A DNA stretch of 64,000 nucleotides from an uncultured Thermoleophilia bacterium (lineage in GTDB: Bacteria; Actinomycetota; Thermoleophilia; RBG-16-64-13). The number at the start of each line of letters is the position of its first letter. Within the stretch, counting starts at the first letter, position 1. The position numbers were made by a program, and so were the translations under genes. The DNA lies in NCBI GenBank assembly GCA_963749535.1, contig CAVVNF010000012.1, positions 24,754 to 88,753 of the forward strand. The letters are read 5' to 3'. This document shows positions 39,954 to 50,648 of this stretch, one piece after another. The notes under the pieces were generated by a model. The model saw only the letters and a list, made by a program, of their open reading frames with translations, did no database searches and was not told the origin of the DNA.

Positions 39954-41273
39954 CTAGGACTTATCCGAGTAAGACCCGAGTCGGCCTGCTAGCTGCCCGC
40001 ACGCGGCGTCGATCCGACCGCCTTTGCTCTGCCGGACTACTGTTTCGATGCGACTGCTGGTCAGAATGCTACGAAAGGCCTCGACCGCCTGGTGAGTTGG
40101 GGGGTGCAAAAGGCCGGCTGGCCTGTCGGCGCGACCCGAATCGGCGGCCGGAATGGAAGGTCGGTTTGCCGCAGTCGCTGATTTCGGCTGCGGTCCTCGC
40201 CAGACCGGATTCCACACAAGGAGGTTAACGGAGACCACGTGGCCTTTGAGCAGGGCAGCCAGTCTCCGAGCATCCTCGGGTGAATCGTTAACGTCACCCA
40301 GGAGAACGTATTCGACGAGCAGTTTGCGGTGCGTCAGTTCGAAGTGGTCCCACGCCGCGGCCAGGACCTCCGCCAGCGAGTGCCGGAACTTGGGAGGAAT
40401 GAGCCGGGCTCGCAGAGCGTCGTCGGCGGCATGGAGGCTGACGGCGAGGTTCACCTGAGGCTCCTCATCCGCGAGCCTGCGTATTCCGGCGGGGATTCCT
40501 ACGGTTGAGATAGAGAGAGACCGATGGGATATGTTCATTCCGGAAGGGTCGGTGAGCACCCGTATCGATGTGAGGACCGCCTGCAGATTCAGAAGTGGTT
40601 CTCCCATGCCCATGAAGACGATGTTCGAGAGCCTCCTCCCTTCACCGTGCAAGAGCGCCGAAACCGCGCGAGCTTGGTCGACGATCTCTGCGACATTCAG
40701 GTTGCGGGTGAGGCCCATGCCCCCAGTGGCACAGAAGACGCAGCCGACCGCGCAGCCTACCTGGGTGGAGATGCAGGCCGTGACTCGTTGCCGGTAGCGC
40801 ATGACGACGGTCTCGATGCACGCCCCGTCGGACCCGGCGAGAAGGAGCTTGCTGGTGCCGTCTTCGGACGAGCGCCGGGCTGTCTCTCGAAGGACCGACG
40901 CGCCGCGATCTTGCAGCCGGGACCTGAGGTCACCCGGAATCGATGTCGCCTCGGCGAACTCGACGCCGGGATGATGGACCAGGTGCTCGTAGACTTGCCC
41001 GTACCGGTAGAGTGGCGCATTCGAGTCAAGCAATTCCTGGTGGAGATCGGGGCGATAAAGTGCGAGCAGATCTTGAGCGCTCAAAGGTGGCCGCGGAACC
41101 TTGACCTGGCGCGTTGCGCCGGTCTTGGGGTGGCTCTTTTGAGCCGAATCGGAACGGCGCGCCACAGAAGCGCGCGAAACCCGCTTGGCTCCGTCCTCCC
41201 GCGAGGCGGAGGCAGGGCGTCGTTGATCGCGGCCGGCAGGCTTCGAGCGGGCGGGCTTCGCGGGGGTAGCCAT
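39954..41273 (-). CDS. rlmN: Radical SAM 23S rRNA/tRNA adenine-C2 methyltransferase RlmN, with a ~70-aa basic N-terminal extension
   Basis: Radical-SAM cluster motif ISTQVGCAVGCVFCATG, plus NIVFMGMGEPLLN, ISTVG and VSLHA. Confidence 0.88.
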   Translation of the reverse strand: MATPAKPARSKPAGRDQRRPASASREDGAKRVSRASVARRSDSAQKSHPKTGATRQVKVPRPPLSAQDLLALYRPDLHQELLDSNAPLYRYGQVYEHLVHHPGVEFAEATSIPGDLRSRLQDRGASVLRETARRSSEDGTSKLLLAGSDGACIETVVMRYRQRVTACISTQVGCAVGCVFCATGGMGLTRNLNVAEIVDQARAVSALLHGEGRRLSNIVFMGMGEPLLNLQAVLTSIRVLTDPSGMNISHRSLSISTVGIPAGIRRLADEEPQVNLAVSLHAADDALRARLIPPKFRHSLAEVLAAAWDHFELTHRKLLVEYVLLGDVNDSPEDARRLAALLKGHVVSVNLLVWNPVWRGPQPKSATAANRPSIPAADSGRADRPAGLLHPPTHQAVEAFRSILTSSRIETVVRQSKGGRIDAACGQLAGRLGSYSDKS

Positions 41274-42227
41274 TTACAGGTCCAGAGGACTTGTTGTCGG
41301 CAGGGGCGGCATACGGATGCCGCCCATACGACCGTGATCCGTGGTGACGTCCGTCGCGGTGACTCCAGGCGGGCCCGATGAGTCGCCTGAGCGGGCTTCG
41401 GCCAAGGGGCTGATCCTGAGCAACATCCCGCGTTGGACTCCCAATACCTCCGCGGCACTCGCACCGTTGAGCGCAAGCGCCACCTGGCCCCAGGAGTCAC
41501 GGTAGAGCCCCAACTCCCCCGGGGCTAGGTCTCCATAGGTGTGTACGTGTCGGGCGCTCCACTGAGGAACGCACTCGCCTACTACCTCGACGTCCATCCG
41601 CAGTGACGATATTCCGACCTTGTCATAAGACAGAGCCAGCCCAATATTGCCAAATCGGTCTACCTCGATAACCTCGGTGGTCACGCCGGAGCTGTCGAAC
41701 TTGACGATGCGCTCAGGCAGGCGGGCGATCGAGTCGAGATCGGTGCGCGCGGATATCTCCGCGGCGGGTACGCCAGAGGAAAGGATAGCGGCCGCGGGGG
41801 CAAAAAGGTCCCGGCCGTGAAATGTGTGGGAAGCTCGGTCGTCGGCGAGTCCGGCTCGGGTGCGCACCAGTCCTTGATCCAACACCCAGGCCTCGGAGCC
41901 TCCTCCGAGAGCATCGAGCGCGGCGACCAAGAGACCATTATCCGGTCCGATCAACAAGTCCCCCCTCATAGCGCGCAGCGCGAGCGGGCGACGGTCGGTA
42001 CCCACGCCCGGGTCGACAACCGCAAGATGCACGGCCACGGGGCACAGCGGCGCCACCCTGGCGAGAACGGCCGCCCCTTCGCGGACATCCCCCACCGCTA
42101 CCTCGTGCGAGATGTGCATCACCTTGGCCCCTGGGCGCAGCAGAGTGAGTGTTGCCTCGCAGGCCGCGACATACCCCCCGCTCCAGCCGAAATCGGTCAG
42201 GAACGTGATGAGATCGTAATCCCTCAT
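41274..42227 (-). CDS. SAM hydroxide adenosyltransferase family protein (DUF62, chlorinase/fluorinase-like fold)
   Basis: ITFLTDFGWSGGYVAACEATL...VHLAVVDPGVGTDRRPLAL...LIGPDNGLL...FHGRDLFAP. ATG 42225-42227 overlaps the upstream gene stop (ATGA). Its own stop abuts the rlmN ATG. Confidence 0.75.
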   Translation of the reverse strand: MRDYDLITFLTDFGWSGGYVAACEATLTLLRPGAKVMHISHEVAVGDVREGAAVLARVAPLCPVAVHLAVVDPGVGTDRRPLALRAMRGDLLIGPDNGLLVAALDALGGGSEAWVLDQGLVRTRAGLADDRASHTFHGRDLFAPAAAILSSGVPAAEISARTDLDSIARLPERIVKFDSSGVTTEVIEVDRFGNIGLALSYDKVGISSLRMDVEVVGECVPQWSARHVHTYGDLAPGELGLYRDSWGQVALALNGASAAEVLGVQRGMLLRISPLAEARSGDSSGPPGVTATDVTTDHGRMGGIRMPPLPTTSPLDL

Positions 42228-44842
42228 GCGCGGAAGCTTCCCAAAGATAATGCTCCTCGAGTGGGCAAAAGGTCCTCTACTTCGCCGCCTCGGCCTAGAC
42301 TTATGCGGAGTCTCAGCCCTTGGAGGGAGGCAAAGGGCAGCATGTTCAGCGGAAGCGCCATCTCCACCACTTCTCTCCAAGAAGACCGGGAAGTGGCCGC
42401 CAGGGCAGGGTATTGCATACAGCTTACTCTGATATGGCCTTTCTCTTCCAGCACAGACCAGCCTTCCAGGACTAGCTGCACGATCGCCGTCTCTTGTGTG
42501 CCGGCGACGGAAGGGGCGAGTTCAGGCACCGGCGCTTCCGCGGAACTGCGCCCGTGGAGGCTCGGTCCGCCCGCCGCTTCGCCCCGCGCATCAGGCGGCC
42601 GCACTTCAATGGGTGACCGCGCGTCAGTAGGCGGCTGCGCGCCCTCAGGGGGCCGGAAACCTTCAGAGAGCCGCTCGTCAGCCGGGCGGTGCTCGTTACC
42701 AGCGTGCTGCTCATCGCGGGCGTCCTGTTGAAGGTGGATACCTATCTCCAACCCCGGGGAAAAACCGCGGGCACTGGGCACGAGCAAGAAGTACAGGTTG
42801 TCGTCGTCCCATCCGAAGCGGATCTCGCCCACGACCGCGCCCTCCGCGCGTTGCATCGTAGACAGGGTGGCCGGCTTGAGCACGCCAGCATTCGCCCACT
42901 CGTCGCCCGCGATGGCTGCACCGGCCTTGGCCGAGTCGCCGCCCGCGTTGGCTGCGCCCTGCATCGGACTCCCGCCGATCCTGCCGTCGATGATCGGGGA
43001 TATCTTGGACAACGGCAACTGAAACTCCGAGCCACCGCCCTGGGGCAGCAAGGGGGCGAACAGCTCGGGCGGGACAGGCTCGCCGAGCAGCCGATAGGCT
43101 TCTTGCAGGTGACGGCGGAAATTGAGGTCCCAGAGGTCGTCGAGCTCACTGTGATGGTGCTCACCGAACCACCAGAACCAGTCGCTGCCTTCGCAAACGA
43201 GAACATGGTGCCAGGCTTCCTCCAAGGAATCCTCCGGGATATCACCCAGTGCTGCCCGTCGGGCGGCTACTAGATCCCGCGCCTGGTGGAGCAAGGCCCA
43301 GGCTCGATTGTGGGCCGGCGCGCCGATCCAGGTGGTGAGGTCTGCCCCGATCCAGGAGCCCGTGTGAAGCCAGCCGAGAGAGCGCGGCGGTGGCGCCGAT
43401 CCGAGATGCTCCGAGACCGTGACGCACCTCAAGGCTGGGTCGGAACTGAGGCCCTCGTACAGATACCGCAGGAAGTCGCGCCCGTCGCGAGGGTAGTACT
43501 CCCAGGCGTTCTCGCCGTCCAGGGCGATCGTGACCAGAGGAATCTCACCCGGCAGAGGTCTCTGGTCGCTCGGCAAGTGCGGTTCGCAGCTCGCGCAGGC
43601 GTCGAAGCAAGTCGGCCGCCGCATCCTTGGAATCCCACGACTTGTAGGTGAAGCCGATCAGATCGGAAAGTGCGTGGTCCCTAAAGACGATCGCCAGGCT
43701 GCGGCCTTCTCTTTCGAGACGGTAAGGCGCGTGGCGCGCTCCAAGTGCACGGTCGCCGCCGCGAGGCCTGGAAGCCTCGCCGGCCTTCCGCTGATACTGC
43801 GCATCTTCAACGGGGAGGGCCGCGGCGGTGCCCTCCGGCAGCTGCAGGGGAAGGTGCAGCCCTGGGCCAAGGCCGGTGACAGGCTCGAAGAATGGTAGCT
43901 CCGCGCCGGCGAGCGAGCGCGCCAGGACGCTTTCGTCCGAGATGGTCCACGTGATGCCCGCGTCCAGCAGCAACGGCAGTACGTCCTCCCCGACGGCCTG
44001 CTCGGAGCACCACATCCCGGCGGGGGGATTGCCGAACACGCGCTCGTGCTTGGCCATGGCCAAGCGGACATGTTCGGCCGCGTCCTCCGGGTGGGAGAAG
44101 CGCATGCAGGGCAGGATGGTGTCCCCAGCGGAAAGACGGGCAGAGTCTGAGTTGAGAAGAAGAGGCAGGATCGGATGGAAGAACGGGGCTTGTGGACAGC
44201 TCGACTTGGCCCCGGGAGGCGGCGTCGCGATAGGCGGGAATGATGCGGGCGAGAAGGTCGGCCTGGACATCGGCGACGACAGCCTTGTCTTCCTCGATGA
44301 AGTCGCGCCCTCGGCGCAGGAGGTCGGCGAGGGGACCGGTCTCCAAATCCCGCGGATCGAACCAGGCCAGATTGAACCAGATCTGGAGATCGCGGAGATC
44401 GGCCGCGGTGAAAGCGCGAGCACAGGCGTCCAGACCACCCGGCAACAGGGCCTCCTTCTTGAGGGCCAACTCCAGATAGCGGGGGTGGGCCCGGGCCCTC
44501 GGGTGGTCTGATCGCTCGCACATGAGGTCCACGAGAAAGACACGTTCTTCAGGGGACAGCTCGCTGGCCGGCTTGAGAGTGTGGTCCCAGTAGAGGTCGC
44601 GAAAGTCGCCGCTCGCGTACGCCTCCAGTTGTTCCACGAGCGATGGGACGAGATTGAACGTCTGGTGCAGATCGGGGAAATCGCGCCAGGGTCTCCACCA
44701 TCTCGAGATAGTCCTTGAGGCCGTGTAACCGAGCCCAGGGCATCTCGAACGGACCCCTGCGTCCGAAGCGGTAGTAGGGCTGGTGCATGTGCCAGACGAA
44801 CGCTATGTGAAGTGGTTCAGTCACCTGAAACGTGAGCCGCAC
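42224..44842 (-). pseudogene. Large GH57-family alpha-glucan-active enzyme with DUF1925/1926-like C-terminal region; at least 3 apparent frameshifts
   Basis: The reading frame is spread over four track ORFs. 44549..44842 carries HIAFVWHMHQPYYR...MPWARLHGLKDYLEM. 43807..44637 carries LVEQLEAY...FNLAWFDPRDL...VELSTSP. 43545..44543 carries FFHPILPLLLNSD...GMWCSEQAV...LAIVFRDHALSDLIGFTY. 42224..43624 carries VTIALDGENAWEYY...CEGSDWFWWFGEHH. Junctions are at 44674-44677 (G4 run), ~44184 and ~43545-43600. This may be sequencing error rather than true decay. Confidence 0.75.
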
Positions 44843-44899
44843 GCGGGTCGTCGACCGGGGTCCGCGTAAGCACGGACGCCACGCCGGGAAGGCCTCGCT

Positions 44900-46113
44900 T
44901 CACGCGTACGCGTCCATGGCCCGGATGAAGTTCAGGTACACGCGCTGTTGCTCGGACAGAATCATGTCGGGGCCCAGTCCCCACCACTCGTCAGGAGTGA
45001 AGTACGCGGACACTTCCGCCTCTGAGCCGGTCCGGCCGGCCCATTGGATCAGGTGGAGGTTGTCCGACTGCAGCAGCCACAAAGCCAGGTCGGTGAGCGT
45101 GCGGTTCCCGGTCAGGCGGGCCTTGTGAAGGACCGAGTGCATGAGCCGGAAGATCGCCTGCTGCGAGGCGTTTCCCAGGAAGAACTCCATGCCTCCCTGG
45201 CCCGCCCAGGTGGTGCCGAACTCGGGCAGCGGCAGATCGGGAAGGAAGCGTCCGAAATCGGTCGACGGCCTCGCTCGGCAGCATCGAGCGGACGCCGAGC
45301 TTCTTGAGCTCCTCGCGGCAGCTGCTTCATGAACGAGAAGATGCCGGTGTCGATACTGTGGTGCTCGCCGAACGTCTCAAAATCCCATCCGATAAAGACG
45401 AAGTCACCCCAGGCGGCGCGCAAGTTCTTGGCATACGTTTCCGCGTGCAGGGGGAAGCCCGCCCATTTGCGGTCGCTGAAGCGGTAGCCGACGTCGTCGG
45501 AAAGCTCGTGGTGGCGGCAGAACAGGGCCAGATCGTGCCCGGCGTGGCTGTAGAGGTGGGTGGGCTCCCGCCATTCCAGCACCCAAGGCCTCCCGTCGAG
45601 CATCCCTCCGCGGTAGCCGAGCTGGTCCAGCGCAAAGTAGATCTCGTTGTTCATCACCATCTCGGTGGTGTCTGTGAAGTCGATCTGCTTGTCGAAGAAC
45701 TCCTCTGCGTACGCCTTGCCGCGAAGCATCTCCTTCTGGAAGAGCTTGATATCCAGGGCGAAACGCGAAACTGTGGTACGGCTCCACCCCTATCAACTCG
45801 CAGTTGGGGTGGCGCGACCAGCTTCTCTGAAGCGGTCGGTCAGGGCGCGGTCCCATTTCCGCAACTGCCAGAGGAAGCTCACGGAAAAGCCCAGCGACAG
45901 CTTGAAGCCCTCGTCCAGCATGTCCAGGAACATCTCTGTGGCGGGGTAATAGCACCAGCGGGCCACCTTTTCGAAGTAACGGCGGTTCATGTCGTCGTCG
46001 AAGAGGTAGGCGGCCATCTGGCCTGGGGCGCGTGTCTCGGGGATCACCTGCGCGGGCAGCCTTACCCGCCGAGGCTGATGCACCACGCAGTATGTGACTA
46101 CGTTCTCGGCCAT
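44900..46113 (-). pseudogene. Second, smaller GH57-family protein; at least 4 apparent frameshifts
   Basis: Five collinear pieces make up the gene. 45793..46113 carries VTYCVVHQPRRV...RYFEKVARWCYYPATEMFLDMLDEGFKLSLGFSVSFLWQL. A short piece follows with CELIGVEPYHSFAF. 45112..45729 carries FDKQIDFTDTTEMVMNNEIYFALD...WDFETFGEHHS. A short piece follows with EELKKLGVRSMLPSEAVDRF. 44900..45190 carries MEFFLGNASQQ...LIQWAGRTGSEAEVSAYF. Junctions are at ~45812, 45761-45763 (A3 run), ~45316 and 45255-45257 (A3 run). Confidence 0.7.
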
Positions 46114-46201
46114 GGGTCGGCGGTCAGAGCTCCCGCGGCCCTAGGAGGCGGACTTCGGAGGTTTGCAGTTTCCAGACTTCCGCGTGGCTGGTAAATCGGT
46201 C

Positions 46202-47828
46202 TTACGCGACAGAGAGGGGTCCGGTGCGGCCGGCGCGGACGGCCCGCATTCTGAAGCGGGAAGCTGAGGCCTTATCGGCAGCCCATGACCGACGGAGCGT
46301 CCCCCATATGCGGCCGATTGCCCTTGGTCGCGTGGTACGGTGTCGGCGGGGTCTGGGCCGGCCGCTCGGCTGGTTCCGCGGCAGCCGAGTCGGCGGAGTT
46401 CGCACCGGTAGAGACCGGGTTGCCGGGGATCCGCCGGCCGCGCGGCCGGCGGCCCGAGAAGCTTTGTCCGCGCCGGAAAGACCTGCGTCGCCGCGGCCTT
46501 TGCCCTGGAAGGTCGGCATAAGCGGCGGTTCGACCGGCGGCTCCACCAACTGCCGGCGGGAAACGTATTCCAACTTGCCGATAAGGTTGTCCTGGATCAC
46601 GTTCTCCCAGCTAAAGCTGCGGGCGGTCTCCTGTGCATCTTCGCGGATACGGGCCGCTACCTCCGGGTGCTCGCCCAGGAAGTCCAGGGCGATGCCGATC
46701 TCGAACGGATCGTCCGTGTCCAAGACCACGGAATTGAGGAAAGGCACCGCGTAGTCTTCGCCCGTGGAACCGACGAAGACGATCCCTCCGGCGGCCATCA
46801 CCTCGAGGCCCACCAGGCCGAAAGGCTCGTGCCCGGAGTTGGCCAGTACGGCGTCCGCCGCTGCGTAGAAGAGAGAGATGAGCTCGTCGCTCATGAAGCT
46901 GACGACGTTGTACACGTCGGCGGTAGGCAGTTCGCCGAACTGGGCAATGGACTCGTTCAGGTCGCGAGCCAGGCCGACATCTTGCACGACGCAGGCCCCG
47001 CTCTCGCGCCGTGGCCAGCACCTCAGCCCCGTGCGGTTCGATGCCCCCGCGGATGACCATGGCTACGTCCCGTCCGCGATTCTTCCTATCCGCTACCGCC
47101 TGGACCGCCATGTTCCAGCGCTTGTCGGGGCTGAAACGGCCTATTTTGAAGATGAGTTCGCGGCCCGAGAATTGTGCCTTCAGACGCCGAGCGAGCACCG
47201 GGTCGGCCACCTTGATGCGGTCGGCCGGAATGCCGTTGGGGATCACGAGGGGATTGACGCCCCGATCCCACATCACGTGCTTCATGTAGCGCGACACGGT
47301 GGTTATCTGTGTGCAGAAGTCCAGGCGCCGCCAGTCGATGCGATCGAAGCCCATGACGTTGTTGGCGTTCCAGAGGATGATCGCTTTGTCGCGCAGGCGT
47401 TCGGCCCAAAGCCGGTCGGAGAGCTGGCAGGTGGCGTAGGCGGTGTGCCACTCTTCCGCGAGGACGGCCGTGAGTTTGCCCGCGGCGGCAGCGGGCGCGA
47501 CCATCCGGTTGACGACGAAGTCCGGCAGTTGCTCGTTCCAATCGACGAGCTTCGCCTCCTCGCCCTGGTAGACGCCGCCGGGATAATGCGCCGACAACCA
47601 TTGCGACCAGCGGTACAGCGTCAGGTTCTCTGTAGGCGATTCCTCGCCCGGCAGTTCCGGGTCGCCGACGAAGACCTGGTGCGTGCGGAATCCTTGGCGT
47701 GCGAGCTCCAGACCCAACTCTTTCATGCGTACGCCAAGCCCGCCGGCCATCGAGTACTGGTCGGGGCCCTCGAACGAGAGCAGCACGAATTCAAGATTCT
47801 CCGGGTTCAGCCGGGGCAGGGTCTCCAT
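46202..47828 (-). CDS. GT4-type (glycogen/sucrose-synthase-like) glycosyltransferase, apparent frameshift near 46996-47013
   Basis: The N-terminal half is in ORF 46611..47906 (FVLLSFEGPDQYSMAGGLGVRMKELGLELARQG...IGRFSPDKRW). The C-terminal Rossmann half is in ORF 46202..46987 (LFYAAADAVLANSGHEPFGLVGLEVMAAGGIVFVGSTG). ATG 47826-47828 was chosen as the start. The last ~100 codons are Arg-rich and may hide another shift. Confidence 0.75.
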
Positions 47829-47975
47829 GTCACCTCTCTGCGCCGCTTTGCGTCCGCTGTGTCTTCCGAGAGCGGGACTAGGATACCCCGGTTCATCCCT
47901 TGACATGCATATGTTCTCCTTCTGTGGTACCTTGCATCCTCGTACGCCCCAAAGAGGATGGAAAGGCAGATAGGC

Positions 47976-49328
47976 ATGGCGATCAAGTTTCTCCTACCGG
48001 AAGACAGGATCCCGACGGCGTGGTACAACGTCGCGGCTGATCTTCCCTCGCCCCCGCCGCCGCCCCTCCACCCGGGAACGATGCAACCAGCCGGTCCTGA
48101 GGACTTGGCCCCATTGTTCCCGATGGGCCTCATCATGCAGGAGATGTCGCCGGAACGCATGATCGACATCCCAGATGAGGTCCGGGAGATCTACCGGCTG
48201 TGGCGCCCCACTCCCCTCATTCGGGCTGCTCGATGGGAAAAGATCCTTGGTACTCCCGCGAAGATCTACTTCAAGTATGAGGGTGTGAGCCCGGCAGGTT
48301 CGCACAAGCCGAACACAGCTGTGGCTCAGGCGTATTACAACAAGAAGGAAGGCATCACCAAGCTGACCACCGAGACCGGTGCCGGCCAATGGGGTTGCGC
48401 TCTCTCGCTTGCCTGCCAGATGTTCAACATGGAATGCCTCGTCTACATGGTGAAGGTCTCGTACTTCCAGAAGCCGTACCGCCGGAGCATGATCCGGGTC
48501 TGGGGCGCGGAAGTCATACCGAGCCCGTCCGACACCACCGCGTCCGGCCGCGCCATTCTGGCTCAGGACCCGGACTCTCCGGGCAGCCTGGGCATCGCCA
48601 TCAGCGAGGCGGTGGAAGTGGCGGCACAGCGCGACGACACCCACTACTCGCTCGGCTCGGTGCTCAACCACGTGCTGCTGCACCAGACCGTCATCGGGCA
48701 GGAAGCGCTCGAGCAGATGGAGCTGGCCGGCGCGTATCCCGACGCCGTCATCGGATGCGTGGGCGGCGGCTCCAACTTCGCCGGCATCGCGTTCCCGTTC
48801 TTGGGCGAGAACCTCAAGAAGGGCAAGAAGACACGTCTCATCGCGGTCGAGCCGGCAGCGTGCCCGAGCATGACCAAAGGCTGCTACGCGTTCGACTACG
48901 GCGATACCGCCAAGCTCACGCCGCTGGTCAAGATGGACACCCTCGGCCACGACTTCATCCCGGCGGGCATCCACGCCGGCGGTCTGCGCTACCACGGGAT
49001 GGCTCCCATGCTGTCGCACGCGTACCATCTTGGTCTGGTGGAGGCCCAGTCGGTCATGCAGACCGAGGCTTTCTCCGCCGGAGTCAGCTTTGCCCGGTCC
49101 GAAGGCATCATCCCGGCTCCGGAAAGCTCTCACGCCATAGCCGCTGTGAAACGGCTGGCCGACGAGTGCAAGGAATCCGGCGACGAAAAGACCATCCTGT
49201 TCAACATGAGCGGTCACGGCCACTTCGACATGGCCGCTTACGACGCGTACCTGGACGGCAAGCTTGAGGACTACGCGTACCCTGAAGAGAAGATCAAAGA
49301 AGCGATGAAGAACCTGCCCAAGATCTGA
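47976..49328 (+). CDS. trpB: TrpB-like PLP-dependent enzyme (tryptophan synthase beta chain 2 type)
   Basis: [14 protein letters not shown]...RPTPLIRA...[24 protein letters not shown]...TGAGQWG...[11 protein letters not shown]...GLRYHGMAP. This is the long TrpB2-type N-terminus. Confidence 0.85.
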   Translation: MAIKFLLPEDRIPTAWYNVAADLPSPPPPPLHPGTMQPAGPEDLAPLFPMGLIMQEMSPERMIDIPDEVREIYRLWRPTPLIRAARWEKILGTPAKIYFKYEGVSPAGSHKPNTAVAQAYYNKKEGITKLTTETGAGQWGCALSLACQMFNMECLVYMVKVSYFQKPYRRSMIRVWGAEVIPSPSDTTASGRAILAQDPDSPGSLGIAISEAVEVAAQRDDTHYSLGSVLNHVLLHQTVIGQEALEQMELAGAYPDAVIGCVGGGSNFAGIAFPFLGENLKKGKKTRLIAVEPAACPSMTKGCYAFDYGDTAKLTPLVKMDTLGHDFIPAGIHAGGLRYHGMAPMLSHAYHLGLVEAQSVMQTEAFSAGVSFARSEGIIPAPESSHAIAAVKRLADECKESGDEKTILFNMSGHGHFDMAAYDAYLDGKLEDYAYPEEKIKEAMKNLPKI

Positions 49329-49463
49329 GGCAGACTTGACCCGGTCTCCGGCGACCGTCACCGCGCGCAGCGCGGGGCAACGAGGCCGGCTCTTCCGGGC
49401 GTAGGGGTCCTCCTCGTGAGAGGTCGGCCGTGAGTTTTCGGGTCAAGAATGATCGCGTTTTCT

Positions 49464-49498
49464 GGGCGGCGCCCCTGGCGGGGCGCCGCCCGTTTCTT
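49464..49498 (+). terminator. Strong Rho-independent terminator
   Basis: Perfect 12-bp GC stem GGGCGGCGCCCC/GGGGCGCCGCCC, loop TGGC, then GTTTCTT. It lies 136 nt downstream of the trpB2 stop. Confidence 0.65.
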
Positions 49499-49606
49499 CA
49501 AGGCGCCGATGAGGACTGCCGGTCTCCTGGCCAATACTGGCCAATAAGAATCTTCACATGCGAGACGAGTCGATCTTCAGGGTCCTGTAACTTGCTTTCC
49601 CTCAAG

Positions 49607-50518
49607 CTACTCGGTCGGGTCTACGGGGGCCGCGGCCAGTAACGCCATCATCTGCTGAGCATTGCGCGGCGCGTAGTCCGCGAAGCAGTTGTTGAACATC
49701 ACGTAGGTGGTCCTGGCGTCTTCGCGCAGTTGCTGGATCGGTCCTGCCCACTCGGCCAACTCGGCCTCGGAGTACAGGTAGTTGAAGCGCTCGGCGGCCG
49801 TGGCGACGCGGGCGTTCCAGGTGGCTGCATTGCGGCCGTGGAAGCGGACATAGGAGATGTCGGACGTGGCGGCGCTCAACGGCGGCAGGACCGTGGAGCC
49901 CGCCAGCCGCGGCTCGTCTACGCACGTGTAAGCCGCGTCCAACGAACTGAGGAGCGAAAGTGTCGTCTCCAACTCCTGAGGCTCCAGCCAGGACGCATGC
50001 CGGAACTCCACCGCCACCCGGTCCCGCGCCAGCAGACCGACGGCCTCTTTGATGTACTCCCGGTTCGCGGCGTTGGCCACGAAGTACGGTGGGAATTGCA
50101 GGAGGATCACGCCCAGTTTCGCTTCGCGCCTCAATGGCTCCAGCGCCTCGGAGAACAGGTCAAACACCCTCTGGCGCAACCCCGGCGACGGGTGGAGGAT
50201 CCGGCCGTGCTGGTCGAGCTCGAACGTCCGCGCCGTCCGGACGGGGGCCGGCAACTGCTCCGGTCTCACTCCGTGCCGGGTAAGCATCGCAAAGGCTTTG
50301 ATATGAAAAACAAAATCTGGCGGCGTTCTTTCCACCCAGAGTTCGGCTGTGCTCGAGGTCGGGAGTCCGTAGAACGTGGAGTCGACCTCGACGGTATCGA
50401 AGTAGCTTGCGTAATAGCGGAGCCGCTCCGCGGCGGAATGGATGGAGGGTGGGTACCAGGCCCTCACCATGGTAGGGTCGGTCCACGAACATGTGCCTAC
50501 TCGGACGTGTCCCAGCAT
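49607..50518 (-). CDS. DUF72 family protein (YecE-like)
   Basis: VRVGTCSWTDPTMV...YYASYFDTVEVDSTFYGLP...FHIKAF...GVILLQFPPYF...AVEFRHASW. Confidence 0.8.
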   Translation of the reverse strand: MLGHVRVGTCSWTDPTMVRAWYPPSIHSAAERLRYYASYFDTVEVDSTFYGLPTSSTAELWVERTPPDFVFHIKAFAMLTRHGVRPEQLPAPVRTARTFELDQHGRILHPSPGLRQRVFDLFSEALEPLRREAKLGVILLQFPPYFVANAANREYIKEAVGLLARDRVAVEFRHASWLEPQELETTLSLLSSLDAAYTCVDEPRLAGSTVLPPLSAATSDISYVRFHGRNAATWNARVATAAERFNYLYSEAELAEWAGPIQQLREDARTTYVMFNNCFADYAPRNAQQMMALLAAAPVDPTE

Positions 50519-50648
50519 GCGCCAAGGATATACTGGACAGCCTGCGATTGCAGCGTGTGGGATAGTCGTGCGCAGGCACGCGCGGTGCGCCCCAGGGCAC
50601 CGGTGAGTCGCGAAGGATCAGTCGAAGTCACGCAAGCGAGGTAATCAG

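Noticed and set aside
47829-47975. Perfect TTGACA hexamer (47900-47905) as a trpB2 promoter
   Set aside because: No acceptable -10 element occurs at 16-19 nt spacing (TGTGGT or GTGGTA only), so I did not list it as a feature.
47994-49361. 455-aa minus-strand ORF
   Set aside because: It is antisense to the well-conserved TrpB2 gene. The product is Arg/His/Gly/Asp-rich nonsense, so this is a shadow ORF.
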